Origin: Clostridia bacterium
Lineage (GTDB): Bacteria > Bacillota > Sulfobacillia > SLMV01
Direction: 5' to 3'
Assembly (NCBI GenBank): GCA_007133365.1
Contig: SLMV01000044.1
Location: 1 to 37,618, forward strand
DNA: 37,618 nt
The notes beneath the pieces are model-generated. The model ran no database searches. It saw nothing but the letters and a program-made list of their open reading frames with translations, and was not told where the DNA came from. Both the position numbers and the translations under genes were made by a program. This document shows positions 1 to 8,283 of the stretch, piece by piece. The stretch's first letter is position 1, and the number at the start of each line of letters is the position of its first letter.

Positions 1-851
1 ACTTCTAAGGTACGGCGGGCCACCGGATCGATCAGAAGTGCATCTTCCAAGTGATAAGTGCGCAAGGTGGTCAACGATCCCACCGCCCCTCGCTGTGTTT
101 CGCGAAGATATTCCAGCAAAACGCCCGCTGCGGTTACCGCCGCCGGTTTATCATCACACCCAAATCCGGCCAAATCGATGACCTCAAAGTGTTGTTTGAG
201 CCGATCTCGAGCCTCTTTTTCATCGAATAAATAACTCGCAACATCCGGAAAGTTCACCACGCCGAGATCCGCCAAAGGATCATGAAGCGGCGTCGCCAAC
301 TCGGGGCCTAAGCAACATTCGATGACCCCCAAACGGGCACATTCGCTCAGAATCTCCTCAAGGGCATTTTGGCCCCGAACCTCAACGCAGGCAAAATAAC
401 CCGTCGAAATATCCGCCACGGCCAACCCAATGTGTCGGGTGGTACCGGCTAGAGCCGCAGCAAAATTATCCTGCTTACTTTCCATGACGCCTGCATCCAT
501 CCGCGCGCCGGGCGTGACGATCCGCACCACTTCGCGCTCGACCAGGCCCTTCGCTTGAGCCGGGTCGCTCATCTGTTCGCAGATCGCCACCCGGTAACCC
601 GCTTCCACTAGGGTCTGGATGTAGCCCTCGGCAGCATGATAAGGGACGCCGGCCATCGGCACCTTGACATCATTGCCCCCATCACGGGCGGTCAGGGTAA
701 TATCAAGGATCTCGGCGGCGCGTTGGGCATCTTCGAAAAACATCTCATAAAAGTCACCCATGCGGAAAAACACGATGTCTTCGGGATGGGCCTCTTTAAT
801 TTCGAGAAATTGCTTCATCATCGGCGTGCGTACCTTTTTTTTGATCTCCAA
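1..851 (-). CDS. mutS: DNA mismatch repair protein MutS, N-terminal part (gene runs off the window start)
   Basis: The minus-strand frame is open to the window edge, so it is missing from the ORF track. It reads EIKKKVRTPMMKQFLEIKEAHPEDIVFFRMGDFYEMFFEDAQRAAEILDITLTARDGGNDVKVPMAGVPYHAAEGYIQTLVEAGYRVAICEQMSDPAQAKGLVEREVVRIVTPG, the canonical MutS domain I. The 5' end is assigned to TTG 851 (AGGTGA 8 nt upstream). GTG 863 and TTG 914 are in-frame alternatives. See the finding on the out-of-frame ATG at 939. Confidence 0.9.
   Translation of the reverse strand, partial: MEIKKKVRTPMMKQFLEIKEAHPEDIVFFRMGDFYEMFFEDAQRAAEILDITLTARDGGNDVKVPMAGVPYHAAEGYIQTLVEAGYRVAICEQMSDPAQAKGLVEREVVRIVTPGARMDAGVMESKQDNFAAALAGTTRHIGLAVADISTGYFACVEVRGQNALEEILSECARLGVIECCLGPELATPLHDPLADLGVVNFPDVASYLFDEKEARDRLKQHFEVIDLAGFGCDDKPAAVTAAGVLLEYLRETQRGAVGSLTTLRTYHLEDALLIDPVARRTLE
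835..842 (-). repeat. A8 homopolymer (T8 on + strand) within the first codons of mutS
   Basis: Read directly: tacc-tttttttt-gatc at 831-846. It encodes the KKK of EIKKKVRTPMM. Confidence 0.95.
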
Positions 852-1080
852 TTTGGCTTTCACCTGCCCGATGCTTTCGTGGTCGTCTTTCGTGTTCTTC
901 TTGATATTGTACAAAATTCGCGGGCAACGTCTCCATCATAACCCCTCCTTCTCGAATACCCCCTGAGATTCCCCCACCCGGTGCCGGCGGGAATTGGGAA
1001 ACCCAGCGCCGACCCATTTGGATGCAGGCCTTTCCACGGGCCGCCATGCAAAACCTCTGGGTCGCGCCGACGATCGCGAT

Positions 1081-1127
1081 GTCCTCCCTTTTCCCCCTTC
1101 ATCCCCGGTGCAACGAAAAGGGAGGAC
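1081..1127. promoter_or_regulatory. Perfect 12-bp-stem inverted repeat in the mutS / methyltransferase divergent intergenic region
   Basis: gtcctccctttt (1081-1092) is the exact reverse complement of aaaagggaggac (1116-1127), with a 23-nt loop. There is no flanking T-run on either strand, so it is not a classical terminator. Confidence 0.4.
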
Positions 1128-1128
1128 A

Positions 1129-1154
1129 TTGAGGATCGAATATCGTAGTATAAT
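1129..1154 (+). promoter_or_regulatory. Candidate promoter of the methyltransferase gene
   Basis: Perfect TATAAT at 1149-1154. The only -35 candidate is weak (TTGAGG 1129-1134) with a short 14-nt spacer. The predicted start would fall at the edge of the SD (AAGGGGGG 1161-1168), so this is tentative. Confidence 0.25.
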
Positions 1155-1175
1155 CTTCAGAAGGGGGGCGAGACG

Positions 1176-2012
1176 ATGTTCGGTGTTCGGCTGATCAACA
1201 TCTTAAACCGGTTGTTCCCGGCTCCCAAACACCCATTCAATCTGGAACTTGCGGGACGCATGTCCTATGGGGAATGGCAGTATTCTCAAGCCCCGGCCGC
1301 TTTGGAACAATTTCGTGACTTCATCGCGCCCGATGCCATCATCAAAGACGCACGCGTGCTGGATCTCGGCTCGGGGGGCGGAGGCAAGACAACCTATTAT
1401 GCGACTTTGGGCCCGCAGCACATCTGGGGCATCGACATTCATCGCCACTACGAAGCACAAGCACGGGCTCTCAGTCGGGCCAAAGGAGTGGATTCGCGGG
1501 TAACCTTTGACACCAGCGACGGTCGTCATCTTCCGTTCGATGATCGCTTTTTCGATGTCATCATCATGAATGACACCTTCGAGCATCTTTCCGATGCCGC
1601 TCAGGTGCTTGAGGAGTGCGCTCGAATACTCCGCGTTTCGGGCCGCCTTTACATCAATTTCCCACCGTACCATCATCCCCACGGCGCCCACCTGACCGAT
1701 GTCATCGGAATTCCCTGGGTTCACCTTTTCGCGTCAGAAAGAACCCTTGCCCGATGTTATCACCAGTTGATTGCCGACTTGCCCGATTACGAAGAGCGCA
1801 AACGACTCAAACTCGACCCGGAAGGTGGCCAACTTCCGTACCTCAACCGAATGACAACACGGCGTTTTCAATCCCTTGTTGGACAATCCCCGTTTCGACT
1901 GCTCCACTATCACGAGGAACCGCTTCGCCCGTTCTTAGCCCCCCTGGCTCGCATCCCGGGATTGAAAGAAGCATTCATCCGCATGGTGGTGGCTGTTCTC
2001 GTTCCCCGCTAG
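1176..2012 (+). CDS. Class I SAM-dependent methyltransferase
   Basis: 278-aa ORF. SAM-binding motif I VLDLGSGGGGKT and post-I/II region DVIIMNDTFEHL...GRLYINFP (Methyltransf_11/25-like). AAGGGGGG lies 7 nt before the ATG. Confidence 0.8.
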   Translation: MFGVRLINILNRLFPAPKHPFNLELAGRMSYGEWQYSQAPAALEQFRDFIAPDAIIKDARVLDLGSGGGGKTTYYATLGPQHIWGIDIHRHYEAQARALSRAKGVDSRVTFDTSDGRHLPFDDRFFDVIIMNDTFEHLSDAAQVLEECARILRVSGRLYINFPPYHHPHGAHLTDVIGIPWVHLFASERTLARCYHQLIADLPDYEERKRLKLDPEGGQLPYLNRMTTRRFQSLVGQSPFRLLHYHEEPLRPFLAPLARIPGLKEAFIRMVVAVLVPR

Positions 2013-3353
2013 CCGAACGAGTTCACCGCGTAATTGAAAGGTTTCGGCCGCTGTGATTCGCACGTGGGCAAATTGATGCCACGCCGCCGGCGGCGCCTCC
2101 ACCAAGACCAACTTATTGGTTGCCGTACGCGCTCGCCAGTGTCGGGGATTCTTGTCACTTCGCCGATCCAATAGCACTTCCGCCTCGAATCCGAGGAGCC
2201 GCTGGTTTTTCTCAAGCGAGATGGGATATTGACGTTCATTCAATCGTTGAAGCCGTTCCTTTTTGACGCCCTTTGGCAAATCATCCGGATAGTTCGCGGC
2301 CGCCGTTTTCGGCCGGGGGGAATAAATGAAACTAAATGCCCCATCAAATCGGGCCCGCTCAAAAAGGTCCAGCGTCTCTTGAAAATCGGCTTCCGTCTCC
2401 CCGGGAAAGCCAACGATTACATCCGTTGTGATCGAAGCATCCGGGAATTGCTTTTCAATGTGCTTTATCAACGCCAAATACTCCTCACGCGTATAGCCCC
2501 GGTTCATTCGTTTGAGGATGCGGTTGCTACCGCTTTGAACCGGCAGGTGAAAGTGGGAACAGACCTTCTCCAACGCTTTGATCTGATCCACCAGCTCCAA
2601 ACTGAAATCCCTAGGATGCGAGGTGGTATAACGAATCCATTTGAGCCCTTCGATCGCATCAATTTTCGCGAGCAATCCCCCGAAATCAATCGATTCGGCC
2701 AAATCGTGCCCGTACGAGTTCACGTTTTGCCCTAAAAGGGTGATCTCCCGAACCCCGTCCGCGACCAGGGTCTTGATATCATCGAGGATCTCGGCGGGCG
2801 GACGGCTCCGTTCTCGACCTCGCACATAGGGCACAATGCAGTAACTGCAAAAATTGTTGCACCCATAGATAATCGGGACCCAAGCCCGAACGCCCTCTTG
2901 CCGCCGTCGAGGAAGATCGGCCGGCGGCAGTTCATCGGAACCGCTAACCTCCACCTGCAGACACCGGTCCCGTCGGACCGATGCCAATAACTCGGGGAGA
3001 CGCTCCAATTGTCCCGTTCCCAAAATCAAATCAATATGCGAGGCGCGCTGTCGGATGCGTTCAACCGCCCCCGATTCCATCGGCATGCAGCCACAGACGC
3101 CGAGGATCATGTCGGGATTCTCGTATTTATAGATCTTCAGCCGACCCAGTTCCCCTAGAACCCGCTGGACCGCAGTATCGCGGACGGCACAAGTGTTCAA
3201 AAGGATCACATCGGCCGCCTTTGGGTCTTGGGCGGCCTGGTATCCGGCGCGTTCTAGGATCCCGGCCAGAATTTCCGAATCATGCTCATTCATTTGACAA
3301 CCATAGGTTTGGATATAATAGCGACCGATCACCGGCCGTTTCGTCTCGTTCAC
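1935..3353 (-). CDS. miaB: tRNA-2-methylthio-N6-dimethylallyladenosine synthase MiaB (radical SAM methylthiotransferase)
   Basis: 472-aa ORF. MTTase N-domain YIQTYGCQMNEHDSE, radical-SAM cluster GCNNFCSYCIVPYVRG and a C-terminal TRAM domain. GTG 3353 has GAGGAGG 8 nt upstream. It neighbours mutS, as ymcB does in Bacillus. Confidence 0.93.
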   Translation of the reverse strand: MNETKRPVIGRYYIQTYGCQMNEHDSEILAGILERAGYQAAQDPKAADVILLNTCAVRDTAVQRVLGELGRLKIYKYENPDMILGVCGCMPMESGAVERIRQRASHIDLILGTGQLERLPELLASVRRDRCLQVEVSGSDELPPADLPRRRQEGVRAWVPIIYGCNNFCSYCIVPYVRGRERSRPPAEILDDIKTLVADGVREITLLGQNVNSYGHDLAESIDFGGLLAKIDAIEGLKWIRYTTSHPRDFSLELVDQIKALEKVCSHFHLPVQSGSNRILKRMNRGYTREEYLALIKHIEKQFPDASITTDVIVGFPGETEADFQETLDLFERARFDGAFSFIYSPRPKTAAANYPDDLPKGVKKERLQRLNERQYPISLEKNQRLLGFEAEVLLDRRSDKNPRHWRARTATNKLVLVEAPPAAWHQFAHVRITAAETFQLRGELVRLAGNENSHHHADECFFQSRDASQGG

Positions 3354-3442
3354 CTTGCATACCTCCTCGGCCCCATTTTAACCTAGACGGCTTGCTTCAC
3401 CAAGCAAAACTGTGGCAAGCTCACAATCAGTGCAGAGAGGTT

Positions 3443-4078
3443 GTGATCGTTGTGGATGAAACCATCCTCGTCATTCGTCGCGAGGCGCTGTTGGGTACAG
3501 GCACCTTCACCGGCATCCAATCCGACTGGCGCCCCTTCCTAAATCAACTGGAACGCCATGCCTTTTTGGCATCCCGGCAAGAAGCCGAAAGGCGAACCGA
3601 TTGGAAACAACCCATCACCTATATTTTAATTACACAAGATCACGAGGTGTTTACCACCATCCGTTCCCAAGAGGGCATAGAAGAACGCCTGCACAATCGC
3701 GTCTCCATCGGCATCGGCGGACATCTCCGACCGCACGCGGCTATGGAGGAGGATTTCCGGGCCACGCTGGCGGATAACAGCTACCGTGAATTGACGGAGG
3801 AGCTTCGGTTTGCTCCTCCTCTGGGCTTCTCACAGATGACACGACAGCTCGAGCCCATCGGCGTTTTAAATGATGATCGGGATGAGGTGGGCCAGTGTCA
3901 TTTCGGTTTGGTTTTGCGTTTACAGCTGGAACCTGGCGTTTCGGTGACCGTGCGGGAGACTGACTTACTTCGGGGCGCCTTTAAGAATCTTTCCGAAATG
4001 CCGCCAATCGACCGCATGGAGAGTTGGTCGCGGTTTTGCCTAAGACTCCTCGAACAGGAGTGGAACCGTGCTCAGTGA
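3443..4078 (+). CDS. YmaB-like (COG4112) predicted Nudix-fold phosphoesterase
   Basis: This is the 3' two-thirds of ORF 2981-4078. The part upstream of 3353 is antisense to miaB and is discarded. The segment ILVIRREALL...KQPITYILIT...RLHNRVSIGIGGHL...YRELTEELRF...IGVLNDDRDEVGQCHFGLVL resembles B. subtilis YmaB as I recall it. The start is GTG 3443 or GTG 3452 (GAGAGG at 3435-3440). Confidence 0.6.
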   Translation: MIVVDETILVIRREALLGTGTFTGIQSDWRPFLNQLERHAFLASRQEAERRTDWKQPITYILITQDHEVFTTIRSQEGIEERLHNRVSIGIGGHLRPHAAMEEDFRATLADNSYRELTEELRFAPPLGFSQMTRQLEPIGVLNDDRDEVGQCHFGLVLRLQLEPGVSVTVRETDLLRGAFKNLSEMPPIDRMESWSRFCLRLLEQEWNRAQ

Positions 4079-4613
4079 GTCTGGCCTCCTCCGGTTGTGG
4101 AGTGAAATCTATCGATTGACCAATGACTTGACGCCGCTTCACGAGGACTGCGGACAATTATGCCAATCCCTTTGTTGTCAGGACTGGGAGCCCGGCGTGG
4201 GCCTTTATTTATTGCCGGGGGAACAGCTATTGTTGGCCGATGCCAAGTGGTTGACACGTCGGTGGCATTCGGCAAAACACTACGACTTTCCCCCCTCCTA
4301 CGGGGCCGGTGCCTGGTTTGTCACGTGCGATGGGCACTGTCCGCGAGACTGGCGTCCCTTTTCTTGCCGCACCTTTCCATTGACGCCGCATCTCGATCAA
4401 AACGCGCGGCTGCAATTAATTTTGGATGAAAAGGGCATGCCCATCTGTCCCCTAATTCAAATCCAAGCCCCCGAGCGCCTCCAAGCCCGTTTTCGTCACG
4501 GCATGCATCGCGCCTGGCGAAAACTCTTGGGTATTCCGGCCATTCGGGCGGACGTGGTGACCGCCTCAGAAAAACGGCGACGTAAGACCCGCGGGGCGAC
4601 ACATTTCCTTTAA
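4068..4613 (+). CDS. YkgJ-family cysteine-cluster protein (putative Fe/Zn-binding, PF03692-like)
   Basis: 181-aa ORF with CGQLCQSLCC near the N-terminus and RPFSCRTFPL later, the pattern of the CxxCxxCC / RPxxCRxFP YkgJ family. GTG 4068 overlaps the upstream stop by 11 nt, and AGGAG lies about 10 nt upstream. Confidence 0.65.
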   Translation: MLSESGLLRLWSEIYRLTNDLTPLHEDCGQLCQSLCCQDWEPGVGLYLLPGEQLLLADAKWLTRRWHSAKHYDFPPSYGAGAWFVTCDGHCPRDWRPFSCRTFPLTPHLDQNARLQLILDEKGMPICPLIQIQAPERLQARFRHGMHRAWRKLLGIPAIRADVVTASEKRRRKTRGATHFL

Positions 4614-4621
4614 AAGATAAC

Positions 4622-4676
4622 GCGGCGAGGGACACGATCGCTCGCACCCCTCGCCGCAACCTTTTGAAAAGGTTCT
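4622..4676. terminator. Convergent (bidirectional) terminator region between the YkgJ-like gene and the acyl-CoA synthetase gene
   Basis: gcggcgaggg (4622-4631) pairs perfectly with ccctcgccgc (4648-4657). It is followed by the aaccttttgaaaaggtt palindrome with short T-runs on both strands. Confidence 0.5.
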
Positions 4677-6782
4677 TTATTCATCCTTTAAGGTGATCTT
4701 CACATCCAATGCCGCAACATCCTCCACATAGGCAAAGAAGGGGTTGATGTCCAACTCTTGAACCTCGGGAAAGTCAACCGCCAGCTGCGCGATGCGCCCG
4801 ACGGTTTCTTTGACCGCATCGAGATCCTTCGGTTCATCACCGCGATATCCTTTTAAGAGTTCATAGGCTTTGGTTTCTTCGATCATCTCATCGAGATCAA
4901 TATCTCGAAGCCCATGTGCCAATCGGAAGGAGACATCCTTCATCAGGTCCACAAAAATGCCACCCATTCCGAACATCAACAACGGCCCGAAGACCGGGTC
5001 GGTGGACAAGCCGACGATGAGTTCCTCCCCTTGGGGAAACATCTTTTGCACTTCCAGCCCGTATACTTTGGCGTCCGGCTCATGAGTCTGGGCATTCTCC
5101 ATAATCCGCTCATAGGCGGCCTCGACATCCTCTCGAGTTTCCAATCCCAGTTCGACACCCCCGATGTCCGTCTTGTGGATGATCTCGGGCGAAGCGACTT
5201 TTAGGACCACCGGATACCCCATGGCGTCTGCTTGCTTACCGGCTTCCTTTGCTGAGGTCGCAAGTTCGGACGGCACGGTGCTGATGCCGTAGGCCTTCGC
5301 CACGGCCATTGCCTCCGGACCGAGGAGAATTTTTCGACCGCTGGCACGCACCTGGTCGAAAATCTTTCGAACCGCTTCCTGATCGCCAGTGTACCGGAGG
5401 CGATTCCCTTTCTCCAATTTGTCCTTTAGGTCGCGGTATTGGACCAAGCCCTTCAACACTGCGGCTGCCGCCTCAGGGAAGGGGAAGCACGGGACCCCAT
5501 TGGCAAAGAGCTCCCGGGTCCCTTCGCGCACGGTGGCACCGCCGGTGAAAACCGCCAAGATCGGTTTCTCCGGATACTTTTCCCGCATTGCAATGATGTC
5601 CTTGGCCGTCTCCAGCGGGTCGGTAAAGGCCGTCGGGCACAATAAGACCAGGGCCATGTCCACGTTGGGATCTTTCAAAGTGTTTTCCATGGCAAAACGA
5701 TAGCGGTCCGGACCCGCATCGCCGATCACGTCGATCGGATTCTTCGCACTCGCCATGCTGGGGAGTCCCTCACGCAGGGTTTCTTCATTTTCCGGCAACA
5801 GTTTGGCGAGTTCGAGGCCCTCCATTGCCACGCTATCGGTGGCAATCACCCCGTTACCCCCGCCGTTGGTGATAATGGCCACCCGGTCGCCCTCGGGAAT
5901 GGTCTGGTAGGCAAACCCCATGGCCTTGGTAAATTGCTCCTCCATGGTCCGGGCACGAATAACCCCGGCCTGGCGAAATGCCGCTTCGTATCCGGCATCA
6001 CTGCCCGCGAGCGCTCCGGTGTGTGAAGTCGCGGCCGCGGCGCCGGCCTCACTCGCTCCCGACTTGATGGCGATGATCGGCTTGATGAGACTCGCCTCTC
6101 GGGCCGCTTCGAGGAACGCCGGTCCATCTTCGATGCTCTCGAGATAAAGGAGCACCACATCGGTCTTGGGATCCTCCGCCACATCACGCACAAAATCCGC
6201 TTCGTTGAGTTGGGCTTTATTCCCCATGCTGATAAATTTGCTAAAGCCGAGCCCCTCTTCTAAACTCCAGTCCAAAATGGCGATACAAAGGGCCCCCGAC
6301 TGGGAAAAATAGGCGATGTTGCCTTCGATGGGAAAAGCGGATGAGAACGAGGCATTGATGGGGGTATGCGTATCCATCACGCCCAAGCAATTCGGTCCCA
6401 TGAGGTACATGCCAAACTCGTCGGCAACCTCGACCAATTCCGTTTCCATTTCGGCGCCTTCCGGGCCCACCTCTTTGAATCCGGCGCTGATCACCACGAT
6501 GGATTTAACGCCCTTTTCGCCGCACTCTCGCATGGCATCGGCCACCATCGGGGCCGGTATACACATCACGGCCAAATCCACCTCACCCGGTATGTCCGTG
6601 ACCGTGGGATAACATTTCAATCCTTCGATCTCCTCGCGTCCGGGATTGACCGGATACACGTCGCCCGGATACCCGCAGTCTTTTAAATTACGAACGACGG
6701 CATTTCCGACCTTGCCCGGTGCATCCGACGCCCCCACGACAGCAATTCCAACTGGATTGTACAAACTCTTAAGATCCGGCAT
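4677..6782 (-). CDS. Acetate/acyl--CoA ligase (ADP-forming), fused alpha-beta type
   Basis: 701-aa ORF. N-terminal CoA-binding domain NPVGIAVVGASDAPGKVGNAVVRNL, a succinyl-CoA-synthetase-like middle part and a C-terminal ATP-grasp GYPVVLKVASPEIIHKTDIGGV. Confidence 0.9.
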   Translation of the reverse strand: MPDLKSLYNPVGIAVVGASDAPGKVGNAVVRNLKDCGYPGDVYPVNPGREEIEGLKCYPTVTDIPGEVDLAVMCIPAPMVADAMRECGEKGVKSIVVISAGFKEVGPEGAEMETELVEVADEFGMYLMGPNCLGVMDTHTPINASFSSAFPIEGNIAYFSQSGALCIAILDWSLEEGLGFSKFISMGNKAQLNEADFVRDVAEDPKTDVVLLYLESIEDGPAFLEAAREASLIKPIIAIKSGASEAGAAAATSHTGALAGSDAGYEAAFRQAGVIRARTMEEQFTKAMGFAYQTIPEGDRVAIITNGGGNGVIATDSVAMEGLELAKLLPENEETLREGLPSMASAKNPIDVIGDAGPDRYRFAMENTLKDPNVDMALVLLCPTAFTDPLETAKDIIAMREKYPEKPILAVFTGGATVREGTRELFANGVPCFPFPEAAAAVLKGLVQYRDLKDKLEKGNRLRYTGDQEAVRKIFDQVRASGRKILLGPEAMAVAKAYGISTVPSELATSAKEAGKQADAMGYPVVLKVASPEIIHKTDIGGVELGLETREDVEAAYERIMENAQTHEPDAKVYGLEVQKMFPQGEELIVGLSTDPVFGPLLMFGMGGIFVDLMKDVSFRLAHGLRDIDLDEMIEETKAYELLKGYRGDEPKDLDAVKETVGRIAQLAVDFPEVQELDINPFFAYVEDVAALDVKITLKDE

Positions 6783-6809
6783 TCATCCTCACCTTTCCGC
6801 TTAAAATTC

Positions 6810-7388
6810 CTACCGTCCCAGCAGACGCTCAAACAAGGTCTTGCTTCGACGGCTTCGACGTCCTCTCAATTCATGTCTTAATCGCTGCATCTCTTTTTGG
6901 GTCCGTAGCAGTGTTACCATCAACTTATCCCGGTCTTCGATACGCTGTTTTTCGAACCGTTTAAGTTGTTCCTCTAATCCCTTGACGGCCTCGAGCAATC
7001 GATCATCCGTCGACGTCGCATCCTCCTGCTTCGACGCATCCGATGATCCTTCGAGAGCGGTTTCTGGGTCAAGACCCAGTTGCCTTCGAATCTCGTCGAA
7101 GGTAAATCCCTGGGTCATCTGACGATGTATGTTCTCCACATGTCGAGCCGCCTCTTCTGATACCACCTTTTCCCCGCCCACCTCGTGCACGGTGATGACG
7201 TCGGAAAAGGCTTCGAGGATGGCTCGAAAGGGTTTGGGCCCGATGCTCAGGCGCTGCCCCAGATCCGGAAGAGGAATAATGTCATCTGTCGTCTTTTGAT
7301 ACGGCGCATCGGCCTCCGGGTTGCGCCTTCTTTTCTCGTCGATTGGCAATGTGCTCCCCCTCCCGTTTGGCCACTGCAATTCTACCAT
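6810..7388 (-). CDS. Hypothetical protein with C-terminal coiled coil, possibly a MerR-like DNA-binding protein
   Basis: 192-aa ORF. C-terminal LEEQLKRFEKQRIEDRDKLMVTLLRTQKEMQRLRHEL plus a basic tail resembles small MerR-type/coiled-coil proteins. There is no SD before ATG 7388. TTG 7349, preceded by GGAGGGGGAG, is a plausible alternative start. Confidence 0.45.
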   Translation of the reverse strand: MVELQWPNGRGSTLPIDEKRRRNPEADAPYQKTTDDIIPLPDLGQRLSIGPKPFRAILEAFSDVITVHEVGGEKVVSEEAARHVENIHRQMTQGFTFDEIRRQLGLDPETALEGSSDASKQEDATSTDDRLLEAVKGLEEQLKRFEKQRIEDRDKLMVTLLRTQKEMQRLRHELRGRRSRRSKTLFERLLGR

Positions 7389-7413
7389 TCACAATTAGGC
7401 TTGTCATGCCGAA

Positions 7414-8283
7414 TCATTCGTCGGTTTTGCCGTCATCCGTCAAGGAACAAAACCACGCACCGGGGGCATAAAGGTCCCCAAGATCCGGTTCCGCCCCATA
7501 TCCGTGAAAGTCCGAACCCCCGGTGCAAAGAAGGTCCCGTTTTCGGGCAAACCGAATCAGTTGGTAAATCACGGAAAAGGAATGATCACGGTGAATGACT
7601 TCGATGCCGGCGATTCCCAGAGCAGCAGCACGCCCGGCCACCTCAAGCGGATCCCGATGGCAACCCGGATGCGCTAAAACGGGCAGTCCCCCCGCCGAAT
7701 AGACGGCCTCCACGGCTTCCTCGAGCGTATTCCGACGCCGCGGCACGTACCCGGGCCGCCCCACTCCGAGGTAGGTATCGAAGACTTCCGGGACGTCACG
7801 GGCGTAGCCCTTTTGCACCAAAACCTTCGCCGCATGAGGACGTCCGAGCGATGAAGCATCGGCCGCCACCTCCTGGACTTCCGGTTCGTCGATGGACAAC
7901 CCCAGGCCCTGCAACCGTTCGATCATTAAACGCATTCTTCGGCGGCGGTGTTCCTGATTGCGCTCAATAAACGTTTGAAACGCAGGGTCATCCGGCCTCA
8001 CCCCATACCCGAGCAAATGCACTTCGTCTTGGTCCAATTTATCGCCGGATCGAGACGACACCCCGGACAACTGGGTGGAAAGTTCCACCCCGGGAATGCT
8101 TTTCATCCCCCGGGCTTCGGCGGCCCGGAGAAAGTCCCGGGTCCCCTCCACGGTATCATGATCACAGAGCACCATCGCCCAAAGGCCCGACCGGATGCCG
8201 AGCTGCACCAGCGCCTCGGGCGATAACTGCCCATCGGAATGAAACGAGTGCACATGCATGTCGGCTCGACCGGGTATCAACAT
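7414..8283 (-). CDS. PHP-domain metal-dependent phosphoesterase (TrpH/YciV-like)
   Basis: PHP motifs ADMHVHSFHSDG, CDHDT and GGSDFHG. The start is placed at ATG 8283 (MLIPGRADMHVH), which overlaps the dipeptidase stop as ATGTTGA. The ORF track extends to TTG 8298. Confidence 0.8.
   Translation of the reverse strand: MLIPGRADMHVHSFHSDGQLSPEALVQLGIRSGLWAMVLCDHDTVEGTRDFLRAAEARGMKSIPGVELSTQLSGVSSRSGDKLDQDEVHLLGYGVRPDDPAFQTFIERNQEHRRRRMRLMIERLQGLGLSIDEPEVQEVAADASSLGRPHAAKVLVQKGYARDVPEVFDTYLGVGRPGYVPRRRNTLEEAVEAVYSAGGLPVLAHPGCHRDPLEVAGRAAALGIAGIEVIHRDHSFSVIYQLIRFARKRDLLCTGGSDFHGYGAEPDLGDLYAPGAWFCSLTDDGKTDE

Noticed and set aside
1129-1194. Possible 21-codon TTG-initiated leader ORF (LRIEYRSIIFRRGARRCSVFG) after the GGGAGG in the right arm of the 1081-1127 hairpin, overlapping the methyltransferase start.
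   Set aside because: The SD-start spacer is only 3 nt, the start is TTG, and there is no conservation evidence. It is too speculative to call.
2981-3442. 5' extension of the 365-aa ORF 2981-4078 (+).
   Set aside because: This part is antisense to the well-supported miaB gene and is Pro/Arg/Ser-rich, as expected for a shadow frame in GC-rich DNA. The YmaB-like homology begins only after the miaB start, so I trimmed it to GTG 3443/3452.
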